Source: an uncultured delta proteobacterium | GTDB taxonomy: Bacteria > Myxococcota_A > Polyangia > Polyangiales > Polyangiaceae | Length of the DNA: 64,000 nt | Reading direction: 5' to 3' | NCBI GenBank assembly: GCA_963850305.1 | Contig: CAWKKR010000004.1 | Location: 384,001-448,000, forward strand | Shown: positions 1 through 8,572 of the stretch, one piece after another | Layout of the letters: the number at the start of each line of letters is the position of its first letter | Position numbering within the stretch: position 1 is the first letter of the stretch | Program-made: the position numbers and the translations under genes | The notes under the pieces: model-generated | Seen by the model: the letters and a program-made list of their open reading frames with translations, nothing else | What the model was told of the DNA's origin: nothing | Database searches by the model: none

Positions 1-1
1 C

Positions 2-547
2 GCCACGGTGCTCGCCGGCTACGGCGATACCCATGACCCCCTGCGTCCGGTCGATACGACCGTGCTCGGTATCTATCGTGCAACCGCCCCGGGACTCGGT
101 TTCTCTCGCGCTTTTCAGGGACAGGTGGGTTGTCTCGGATTTGCGGACGGCAAACTCTACGTGTGCGGCGGTCACGACAGCGACGGGTTCGAGCTGGGCG
201 TCTCGACCGACGTCGGAACTACGGTGACGCGCCTCTTCGACTACGGGGACGTTCAAGGCCCGCTCGCGTGCGCTCCTTCGACCAGCCAGGCGCAGCAGTG
301 CGTCCCGGCCTGGCCTTACACCTGCGGGTCGCTCGCATCCTGTCACGATGGCGACGCGGGCGCGAACTCTGGAGCGACTTCGAGCGGTGGATGCGGCTGC
401 AACAGTCCAGGAAAGTCGAAAACCGACGCCATCGGAACGACCCGGCTCGAGTTGACGCCGGACGCGACGGATCTCGCCGGCGCGCTCGCGTTCGCGGCCA
501 TCACCGCCGCACGCCGCCTCTTGAAGAGACGTCGCGGTCGGTCCTGA
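2..547 (+). CDS. Partial (5'-truncated) secreted protein with C-terminal MYXO-CTERM-like sorting signal
   Basis: Frame is open from the window edge. It ends in SSGGCGC, a hydrophobic helix (LAGALAFAAITAA) and a basic tail (RRLLKRRR), preceded by a Cys-rich segment. Confidence 0.7.
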   Translation, partial: ATVLAGYGDTHDPLRPVDTTVLGIYRATAPGLGFSRAFQGQVGCLGFADGKLYVCGGHDSDGFELGVSTDVGTTVTRLFDYGDVQGPLACAPSTSQAQQCVPAWPYTCGSLASCHDGDAGANSGATSSGGCGCNSPGKSKTDAIGTTRLELTPDATDLAGALAFAAITAARRLLKRRRGRS

Positions 548-572
548 ACGAAGACGTCCGGGCGCGAATTGC

Positions 573-601
573 TGAGCCGTCGAACGGGGGGCTCGCGACT
601 A
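573..601 (+). promoter_or_regulatory. Putative ECF sigma promoter TGAGCC-N17-CGACTA upstream of GH6
   Basis: TGAGCC 573-578, 17-nt spacer, CGACTA 596-601; ATG at 611. Same layout at 2240 and 8538. Confidence 0.65.
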
Positions 602-610
602 TCCGGGCAA

Positions 611-2206
611 ATGCCGATCGAATTGATGTTTCCCGTGCGGGTCGCGCGTCAGGTCTTGCTGTTCGTACCGCTGACGGTCGTCGGATGCTCGGGTGGCAGC
701 GCCGCTTCCCCCGGTCCGACTTCCACTGGCGGAACGGAAACCTACGGTGGAGCCGCCGGCAACGTGTCCAGCGACGAAGCGTCCGGTGGATTCACGACTG
801 GTGGACCCACGAATGGCTCCGGAGGTGAAGCGCCAGACCAGAACGTCACGGGCTCAGGCGGTGCGAGTGCGGGAGGCACGGCGACGAACACGATGGGTGG
901 CGCATCGACGATCGGCTCGGGCGGAAGCGGGAGCGCGGTCACCTCGGACGCGGGCAGCGCGACCGGTATCGTGCACGTCGACAATCCGTTCGAGGGCATC
1001 ACGGGTTACGTGAACCCCGAGTGGCAAGCGAAGGCGAACGGGGAACCCGGCGGAAACAGGATCTCGGACACGCCGACGGCGGTCTGGCTCGATCGGATCG
1101 CGAGCATCGCGGGGACGCCGGATAGCGAGTCGAACGGCGCCATGGGGCTGCGAGACCATCTGAACGCGGCGCTGTCCCAGGGCGCCGGATACATCGAGTT
1201 CGTCATTTACGATCTGCCCGGGCGGGATTGCGCGGCGCTGGCGTCGAACGGGGAACTCGGCCCGACCGACCTTCCCACGTACGAGTCCGACTACATCGAC
1301 CCGATCGCGGCCATCATGAGCGACCCGACGTACGCGAGCCTCCGCATCGTGACGGTGATCGAGCCGGATTCCTTGCCGAATCTGGTGACGAACACCGACG
1401 TAGCGGAGTGCGCGACCATGAAGGCCAACGGCAACTACGTGCAGGGCGTCGCTTACGCGCTCGAAAAGCTCGGCGCGATCGCGAACGTGTACAACTATCT
1501 CGACGCGGGGCACCACGGGTGGGTCGGCTGGGATTCGAACTTTGGCCCCACCGCGGACCTCCTGACGCAGACCGCGCGGATCGCCGGCCTCGGGACGGTG
1601 CAGGGGTTCATCACCAACACGGCAAACTACTCGGCGCTCGTGGAGCCGTACTTCACGGCTGCCACCACCGTGAACGGCACGACGGTGAGGCAGTCCACGT
1701 GGGTGGACTGGAACACGTACGTCGACGAGCTCTCGTTCGCTCAGGCGCTCCGGCAGAAGCTCGTCTCGGAGGGGTTCGATTCGAAGATCGGCATGCTCAT
1801 CGACACCTCCCGGAACGGCTGGGGCGGGCCGGATCGCCCGACCGCAGCGAGCACCTCGACCGACGTCGACACGTTCGTGAACGACTCGCGCATCGACCGG
1901 CGGATCCAGGCGGGGAACTGGTGCAATCAGACCGGAGCGGGCATAGGTGAACGGCCGAGAGCGGATCCCGCGGACGGCGTCGACGCGTACGTTTGGATCA
2001 AGCCGCCCGGAGAGTCCGACGGCTCGAGCACGGCGATCGCGAACAGCGATGGCAAGGGCTTCGACCGGATGTGCGATCCCACCTACGACGGCAACGAGCG
2101 GAACGGAAACAACCCGACCGGCGCGCTCGCGAACGCACCGCTCGCCGGAGCCTGGTTCTCCGCCGAGTTCCAGACACTCATGCAGAACGCCTACCCGCCT
2201 CTTTGA
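611..2206 (+). CDS. GH6 cellobiohydrolase/cellulase, predicted lipoprotein
   Basis: GH6 motifs YDLPGRDCAALASNGE, IEPDSLPNLVTN, DTSRNGWGG, GNWCNQ and WIKPPGESDG. Lipobox-like TVVGC and a Gly/Ser/Thr linker. Start is 611 or 626. Confidence 0.93.
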   Translation: MPIELMFPVRVARQVLLFVPLTVVGCSGGSAASPGPTSTGGTETYGGAAGNVSSDEASGGFTTGGPTNGSGGEAPDQNVTGSGGASAGGTATNTMGGASTIGSGGSGSAVTSDAGSATGIVHVDNPFEGITGYVNPEWQAKANGEPGGNRISDTPTAVWLDRIASIAGTPDSESNGAMGLRDHLNAALSQGAGYIEFVIYDLPGRDCAALASNGELGPTDLPTYESDYIDPIAAIMSDPTYASLRIVTVIEPDSLPNLVTNTDVAECATMKANGNYVQGVAYALEKLGAIANVYNYLDAGHHGWVGWDSNFGPTADLLTQTARIAGLGTVQGFITNTANYSALVEPYFTAATTVNGTTVRQSTWVDWNTYVDELSFAQALRQKLVSEGFDSKIGMLIDTSRNGWGGPDRPTAASTSTDVDTFVNDSRIDRRIQAGNWCNQTGAGIGERPRADPADGVDAYVWIKPPGESDGSSTAIANSDGKGFDRMCDPTYDGNERNGNNPTGALANAPLAGAWFSAEFQTLMQNAYPPL

Positions 2207-2239
2207 TGCTGGTTGATTGCCGCGGATCCCGTTCTTGCT

Positions 2240-2268
2240 TGAGCCGCGAGCGGGGAGCCCGGCGACTA
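2240..2268 (+). promoter_or_regulatory. Putative ECF sigma promoter TGAGCC-N17-CGACTA
   Basis: TGAGCC 2240-2245, CGACTA 2263-2268; ATG at 2278. Confidence 0.65.
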
Positions 2269-2277
2269 CTCGAACAC

Positions 2278-4253
2278 ATGCAGCAGACAGACCCGCGAAC
2301 CCAAGACGCGCTCCGCTCACGCGGCTTGTCTCTGCTCTTCGCAGTATCAATGGCCTGTGCCGTCGCGGCCGCCTGTGCCACGGACGCATCCGGCCCTTCC
2401 CCGGGCTCCGGCGGAGGGAGCTCCCTCTTCAGTGGCGCAGGGGGTGAGTTCGGTTTCGATCCGGTCACGGGGGTCAACTCGACGGACACCGGCGTCGTCG
2501 TGCCGGCGTGCACCAGCGGCTGCACGGACTTGCCGTCGAGTCCGGTGTTCGACATGGCTGGGTCCACGCCGGTGCCGTCGAACGCACCGTCACTGTTCGG
2601 CCCCGCGGGAAACTTCGACGCAACCAGCGGGCCGTGCGTCGTTGAACCTGGGCTGGCGAGCGGCTCGCGTCCGGGCGCGCTCTTTCCGTCCAACTGGCTG
2701 CGGCCGCGGTTCCGCTTCGTTCCCGCGAACGGGGAGAACCTCTTCGAAATCCGCATCAGCGCGCCGGTCGAGAAAGACGCGCTCGTCGCGTACACGACGA
2801 GTACCTCGTGGGCCATCCCGCGAGACATCTGGCAGAAGCTCGCCGCGAACGCGGTCGATCAGCCGATCACCGTCACCATCCGCGCGATCGATGCCAACGC
2901 CCCGGGGCGTCCCTCGGGCACCAGCGGCACGTTCCAGATCGCTCCGGTGCTCGCCGGCGGCGCGATGATCTACTGGGCGGCGACGTCCTCCGACGTGAAC
3001 GCGACCACGAGCAAGCTCGTCGGCTTTCGCGTGGGCGACGAGAGCGTCGTGGACGCGCTCACGATTCCGCAGGTGCAGCAGTCAGGGCTTATCGCGGAGA
3101 GCGGCCAGACCCTTCGCGGTCAATACGGGGACGGCACCGGGATCCCCCGGGACAGGTGGAGTGTATCGGCTGCCACGCCACGACACCGGACGGCAACGCG
3201 GTCGGCTTCACCGATCACTGGCCATGGAACGTGGTCGTCTCGTCGGTGGAGGCCACGTCGGTCGGAGCCGTGCCGGGTTATCTCACCGCGGGCGCAGAGC
3301 TGCTGCTCGATCAACCATGGCTCGGCATGGTCACCTTCTCCGGGGCTCACTTCAGCGTAGGCGATCGCATCCTCGTGACGTCGTACTCACATCGTCAGGT
3401 GAACGACGCGGACAGCGTGGGATTCGCCGGCAGCGACCAGCAGGACGGTGACAGGCTCGCCTGGTTCGACCTCGAGACGACCGCGACCATCTCCTGGCAG
3501 AGCGGGCAGCCGGACTCGACGAACGCGGCGATCCAGAGCGCCTATGGAACGTCGTGGGGACTCCTTTCGCTCGACGGCGAGACACGGACCGCGCTCACGC
3601 CGAACTTCAGCCACGACGGGACGCGGATCGCGTACACGTCGGCCACCTCGTCGCAGGACGGTCGGATCGGGGACAACTCCGAGACGGACGTACACATCGT
3701 CCCGTACGGCGACCGCCAGGGCGGCACCGTGACGCCGCTCGCCGGCGCGTCCTCGCCGGGCATCTCCGAATATTACCCGGCGTTCTCCGCCGATGACGCG
3801 CTCGTCGCGTTCAATCGCGCGGATTCGACGAGCGGGAAAATATACTACAGACCGGACGCGGAGATCTTCGTCGTGCCGGCCACGGGCGGTACGCCGACGC
3901 GCCTCGCCGCCAACGATCCTCCCGCGTGCGGCGGAGAGGTGAGCCCGGGCGTGATCAACAGCTGGGCCAAGTGGTCGCCGTCGGTCGTCGGCACTGCCGG
4001 CAAGCACTATTACTTCCTGATCTTCTCGTCGGCGCGCGACTACCCGGGCACCTTCCGGATACCGGCGGATCAGTACAGTCCGAGCGACACGCGGGCGTCG
4101 CAGCTCTACATGGCCGCCATCGTCCGGGACGACGCGACCGGCGCGCTCACGACCTACGACGCTGTCTATCTGTGGAATCAGGAGCCTTCCACCACGAACC
4201 TCACCCCAGCGTGGGACGAGGCGAACATCCCGCAGGTCCCTCTGATCCATTGA
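2278..4253 (+). CDS. TolB/PD40 beta-propeller lipoprotein with CxxCH motif, split by a 1-nt frameshift at ~3144-3148
   Basis: ORFs 1993..3360 and 2808..4253 join as GIPPGQVECIGCH if one C is added to the C5 run. PD40-like repeats PNFSHDG, PAFSADD and AKWSP. Lipobox AAAC. Confidence 0.7.
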
Positions 4254-4328
4254 CCGCGGCACTTTTCCCCGGGCGACCCCTCAAACTTGAGCCGCCGGCA
4301 GCCCGTAACGCTACGACCGTTTGCGGAA

Positions 4329-4976
4329 ATGCGTCAGCCGTCCGAGCCGAAGCTCTACGTCGTGCGGGACACGACCCCTGCTGCGGCACGCGAGGCGGAC
4401 GACGCCACGATCGCGGTCGCCGCGGCGCGCGGGGAGACATGGGCCGCCGGCGCGGCCTGGGAACGCTACGCCGGTCTCGTCCGAGGAACGCTGCGGCGCT
4501 CGCTCGGCGCACAGGACGTGGACGACCACGTCCAGGAGGTCTTCTTGCGCTTCTTCCGTCACGCGAAGGAGCTCCGAGACCCCTCGGCCCTGCGCGCGTT
4601 TCTCATCGGCATCGCGTACCGGGTCGCGGGGACGGAGCTCCGGCGGCGCCGTGTGCGGCGCATCCTCGGCCTCACGGCGTCGGGTGAGGTGCCCTCCGCC
4701 ATTTCCCCACCTCCGGACGCGGTCGCCCGCGAGGGAGTCGTCCGGCTCTACGCAATCCTGGACCGTATCGAGCCCGACTCGCGACTGCTCTTCACGATGC
4801 GGTACGTCGAGGGCAGAGAGCTCACGGAGATCGCCGAAGCCCTGGGCGTGTCGCTCGCGACGATCAAGCGCCGCATCGCCAAGGCCGGCGAGCTCGTGTT
4901 CCGGATGGCCCGCCGCGATGAGGTGTTGATGGGTTATCTGTCCCGCGGGCTCCACGTGCCCGGAGAGACGTCATGA
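4329..4976 (+). CDS. ECF-type RNA polymerase sigma factor
   Basis: Region 2 DDHVQEVFLRF and region 4 YVEGRELTEIAEALGVSLATIKRRI. Start ATG 4329, inside ORF 4287. Confidence 0.9.
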   Translation: MRQPSEPKLYVVRDTTPAAAREADDATIAVAAARGETWAAGAAWERYAGLVRGTLRRSLGAQDVDDHVQEVFLRFFRHAKELRDPSALRAFLIGIAYRVAGTELRRRRVRRILGLTASGEVPSAISPPPDAVAREGVVRLYAILDRIEPDSRLLFTMRYVEGRELTEIAEALGVSLATIKRRIAKAGELVFRMARRDEVLMGYLSRGLHVPGETS

Positions 4977-6328
4977 ATCGACGAACGCCCGAACCGGATC
5001 GCGAGGCACTGCTGCAGCGCGTCGGCGCGATAGCTAGGGAGACGTGGTCCGACGACGTCTCCCCCGCGGCCGACGCGACCGGGCGTGCACGGCTCGAGGC
5101 CGCCCTCGTCTTCGGCAAAACGCGGCGCTCCGGCTTAGCCAGGCTCGCTCTCGCGGCGGTCGTCGCGGGCGCCGTCGCGCTCGCCCTCGCGTTCTTCTGG
5201 TCGCCCCCGCTCGGGTACGTGGTCGCGGGCTCGTCGTCGAGCGTGGGTGGCTACTTGCAGCCGGGGGACGCCGCGCCGGCGACGGCGAGGTTCACCGACG
5301 GCACGCTCGTGCGCGTCGCGCCGGGCGGCCGCGCGCGAGTCGTGGAGACGGATCGGCACGGCGCACGCGTCGCGCTCGAGCAGGGCCGCGCCATGCTCGA
5401 CGTCGTGCACCGCCCGGGCGCGCACTGGTCCGTCGAGGCGGGCCCCTACACGATCGCCGTGACCGGCACCGAGTTCGATGCGGAGTGGTCGGGCCCGGAC
5501 GAGCGGCTCGTCGTGGAGCTTCGAAGAGGCGCCGTCGTCGTGAGCGGCCCGATGGCGGTGAGCGGCATCGGTCTCGCCGCCGGGCAGCGCCTCGTCGCGA
5601 GCGTCCGCGACGGCCAGCTCCACATCGAGCCGCTCACCCGCAAGGAATCGACCAGCGGTGTTGCCGCACGCGTCGGAGCCCGGGCAGGGCTCGCCGCCGG
5701 GGCCTCTCCCGACGTGGCAGAAGCGACCACGCCGGAGGCCACGCCGACCACGCCGGAGCCCTCCGCGCCGGGAACCGCGCCGGACGAGCCGACCCGCGTG
5801 CCCCAAGAAAACCCGCTCCCCCCGCCGTCGAGCGCGCCCTCCTCCGCGCCCGGTCCGGCGCCCGAGATGAGCTGGGAAAAACGAGTACGTGAGGGCGACT
5901 TCACCGGCGTCGTGCACGACGCGGAGGCGCTCGGTCTCGACGCGACCCTGACGACGGGTTCGCGCGGTGATCTCACGGCGCTCGCCGACGCCGCTCGCTA
6001 CACCGGCAACACGACCGTCGCCGATCGTGCGCTCGTCGCCGTCATGCGGCGATTCCCCGGGTCGCCCGACGCAAGAGCCGCCCCATTTCTCCGCGGCCGA
6101 ATCGCAGAGAAACGCGGCGCCGGCTCCGAAGCCATTGCCCTCTACGATCGCTACCTCTCCGAATCACCGCGCGGTCCGTTCGTCGCGGAGGCACTCGGGC
6201 GAAAGATGCTAGCAGTGGAGGCGCGCGACGGAGCGGGCGCGGCGCGCACGATCGCACGCGACTACCTGGTACGCTTCCCGAGAGGCCCCTATGCGGATCC
6301 CGCCAGAAGGCTCGTGGATTCCGAGTAG
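4973..6328 (+). CDS. FecR-domain anti-sigma factor with Pro-rich linker and C-terminal TPR-like domain
   Basis: One TM helix, FecR motif AGPYTIAVTGTEFDAEW, TPR-like AIALYDRYLSESPRGPF. ATGA overlap with the sigma stop. Confidence 0.85.
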   Translation: MNRRTPEPDREALLQRVGAIARETWSDDVSPAADATGRARLEAALVFGKTRRSGLARLALAAVVAGAVALALAFFWSPPLGYVVAGSSSSVGGYLQPGDAAPATARFTDGTLVRVAPGGRARVVETDRHGARVALEQGRAMLDVVHRPGAHWSVEAGPYTIAVTGTEFDAEWSGPDERLVVELRRGAVVVSGPMAVSGIGLAAGQRLVASVRDGQLHIEPLTRKESTSGVAARVGARAGLAAGASPDVAEATTPEATPTTPEPSAPGTAPDEPTRVPQENPLPPPSSAPSSAPGPAPEMSWEKRVREGDFTGVVHDAEALGLDATLTTGSRGDLTALADAARYTGNTTVADRALVAVMRRFPGSPDARAAPFLRGRIAEKRGAGSEAIALYDRYLSESPRGPFVAEALGRKMLAVEARDGAGAARTIARDYLVRFPRGPYADPARRLVDSE

Positions 6329-7373
6329 CCGCCCCGGAACGTCGTGGGTGATCCTCGCGCTGATCCTGCTCTCGGGGGCGGCGCTCGGCGCGGAACCGCA
6401 GCCATCACGCGTTGCTCTGGTGGAAAGCCGGTCGCCGGACGCCCTGCTAGCAGAGGCCACGATGCGCGTCCGCGCGGAGCTCGCGGCAGCCGGCTTCGAC
6501 GTGGAGCTGCTCGAGGCTTCGCCCGGCGCGGATCCGCGAGCCGAGGTCGAATCCGCCGGTCTCGACCCGCCCCCCGTCGCGACCCTCGCGATCCTCCGCA
6601 CCAGCAGCGCGGCCGCAGTCGACATCTGGGTCGCGGATCGACTGACCGGAAAGACCCTGGTGCGCCGCATCGACGTGAACGACGTGAGCCGGGAGCGCGC
6701 CCCGACGGTCCTCGCCGTCCGCACGGTCGAGCTCCTGCGCGCGAGCTTGCTCGAGGCCACGACGGCCGGCGAACCGGAGACGCCGGAGAAGGCGCCAACG
6801 CCGCGGCCAGTGCCGACTGACGTCGCGCGCTGGATGACACCGCCCTCGATGCCGCCGAAAGATCGCGCCGTCGTCCGTGCCGAGATCGGCGCGGGCTTGC
6901 TCATCGGGTTCTCGGGTTCTCCTCCGGCGTTCGCGCCGGTCCTGCGCGTGGGTTACGGATCCGAGAGTTTGTCGGTGCGGATTTCCATCGTCGCTCCCGC
7001 CGTCGGCGCCGAGGTCGCGGCCCCGGACGGCTCCGCGACGCTGCGCCAGGCCCTCGGCCTCGTCGAGATCACCACCGCCTGGCCGAGGCGCGGCCCCGGG
7101 GCGATCCGCGGCTCGCTGGGCGCCGGCGCCGCCGAGACGCACGTGGTGGGCTCCGCGGAGGCGCCGTACGTCGCGCACCACGGCGACGACTGGAGCTTCG
7201 CGGGGGACGCGGGCCTCGGCGGCATGCTGCGCTTCGGACCGTCGGTGGCTCTCGTCGCCGACATGCACGCCGTGGTCCTCGCGAAGTCACTCGACGTCGA
7301 GCTCGGCGACGCCGCCGAACATGCTCGTCGCCCCATGGAGCTCGCGACACTCGGCCTCCGGGGGTCGTTTTGA
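6291..7373 (+). CDS. Exported protein with probable C-terminal outer-membrane beta-barrel
   Basis: Signal-like LALILLSGAALGA, alternating amphipathic Gly-rich strands and C-terminal Phe (LGLRGSF). Start uncertain (6291 or GTG 6348). Confidence 0.6.
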   Translation: MRIPPEGSWIPSSRPGTSWVILALILLSGAALGAEPQPSRVALVESRSPDALLAEATMRVRAELAAAGFDVELLEASPGADPRAEVESAGLDPPPVATLAILRTSSAAAVDIWVADRLTGKTLVRRIDVNDVSRERAPTVLAVRTVELLRASLLEATTAGEPETPEKAPTPRPVPTDVARWMTPPSMPPKDRAVVRAEIGAGLLIGFSGSPPAFAPVLRVGYGSESLSVRISIVAPAVGAEVAAPDGSATLRQALGLVEITTAWPRRGPGAIRGSLGAGAAETHVVGSAEAPYVAHHGDDWSFAGDAGLGGMLRFGPSVALVADMHAVVLAKSLDVELGDAAEHARRPMELATLGLRGSF

Positions 7374-8521
7374 CGGCAGGGCGCGCGCTCGCCGGATTCG
7401 CCGCGGTGCTCGCCGTCGCGTGCGGGACCGACACGCTCGTCGCCGTCTCCAAGCCCGGTCAGGGACTCACGGACGGAGGCGGACCCACGGCGCCCCTCCA
7501 CACCGATGGCAGCCGCATCGTGGATGGTTCGGGCAACACGGTGCGGCTGACGGGAGTCAGCTGGTTCGGGCTCGAGACGCCGAGCTACGCGCCCGGTGGC
7601 CTCGGGACGCGCTCCATGACGTCCCTGCTCGATCAGATCCGGGCGCTCGGGTTCAACTCCCTCCGCATCCCATTCAGCACCGAGCTCCTCGACCCCACGA
7701 GCCAGCCGCAGGGCATCGATTACACGAAGAACCCAGACCTCACAGGCCTGGACGGAGTCGGCGTGTTCGACGCGCTCGTCCGCGCTGCCACTGCCCGCGG
7801 CCTCGCGGTGATCCTCGATCGCCACGACATCGAGGCCGGGGCCCAGTCCGCGCTCTGGTATGACGGGCAGTATGACGAGGCGCGCTTCATTGCCGACTGG
7901 AAGATGCTCGCGTCGAAGTACCTCGACGAACCCCACGTCGTCGCGTTCGACCTCCACAACGACCCGCATGATCCGGCGACCTGGGGTGACGGGAGTCCGA
8001 CGACCGATTTCGCCGCCATGGCGGTCCGCGTGGGAAACGTCATTCTGGACGCCAATCCGAACCTCCTCGTCATGGTGGAAGGCATCCAGACCGTGGATGG
8101 CAATTCTTACTGGTGGGGCGGCAACCTCCGCGCCGCGGGCCGGAGCCCCGTCACGCTCGAGATCCCCGATCACGTGGTGTACGCGACGACGGACTATCCC
8201 GCGAGCGTCTCCGACCAGCCGTGGTTCCACGATGCCTCGTATCCCGCGAATCTGCCAGCGCTGTGGGACGCGACCTGGGGGTACCTCGTCACGACCGACA
8301 CGACCCCCGTCTATCTCGCCGAGTTCGGCTCCCTGCTGCAGACGGAGTCCGACGACGAATGGTTCTCGTCGATCACGAGTTACGTCGCAGCGCACGAGCT
8401 CAGTTACGGGTACTGGAGTCTCAACCCGGACTCGAGCGGCACCGGAGGCATCCTCGAGAGCGATTGGACGACGGTGAGAGAGCCGGTGATCGAGGGACTG
8501 GCGCCGACGCTCGCGAAATAA
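7370..8521 (+). CDS. GH5 (endoglucanase E1-like) lipoprotein with degenerate active site
   Basis: GVSWFGLET, FNSLRIPFS, ILDRH, WWGGNL, LAEFG and YWSLNPDS are present, but FDLHNDPH replaces NEP and YATTDY replaces YSxHDY. Lipobox LAVAC. TTGA overlap with the upstream stop. Confidence 0.88.
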   Translation: MTAGRALAGFAAVLAVACGTDTLVAVSKPGQGLTDGGGPTAPLHTDGSRIVDGSGNTVRLTGVSWFGLETPSYAPGGLGTRSMTSLLDQIRALGFNSLRIPFSTELLDPTSQPQGIDYTKNPDLTGLDGVGVFDALVRAATARGLAVILDRHDIEAGAQSALWYDGQYDEARFIADWKMLASKYLDEPHVVAFDLHNDPHDPATWGDGSPTTDFAAMAVRVGNVILDANPNLLVMVEGIQTVDGNSYWWGGNLRAAGRSPVTLEIPDHVVYATTDYPASVSDQPWFHDASYPANLPALWDATWGYLVTTDTTPVYLAEFGSLLQTESDDEWFSSITSYVAAHELSYGYWSLNPDSSGTGGILESDWTTVREPVIEGLAPTLAK

Positions 8522-8537
8522 CTGCCAGGTCGATTGC

Positions 8538-8566
8538 TGAGCCTCGGCGGCAGACCCGGGCGACCA
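8538..8566 (+). promoter_or_regulatory. Putative ECF sigma promoter TGAGCC-N17-CGACCA
   Basis: TGAGCC 8538-8543, CGACCA 8561-8566; ATG at 8573. Confidence 0.62.
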
Positions 8567-8572
8567 GCAGGC

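Noticed and set aside
3144..3148. Phase variation or programmed frameshifting at short homopolymers
   Set aside because: Runs of 4-5 nt are short for slipped-strand switching, and similar indels hit unrelated genes; sequencing error is more parsimonious.
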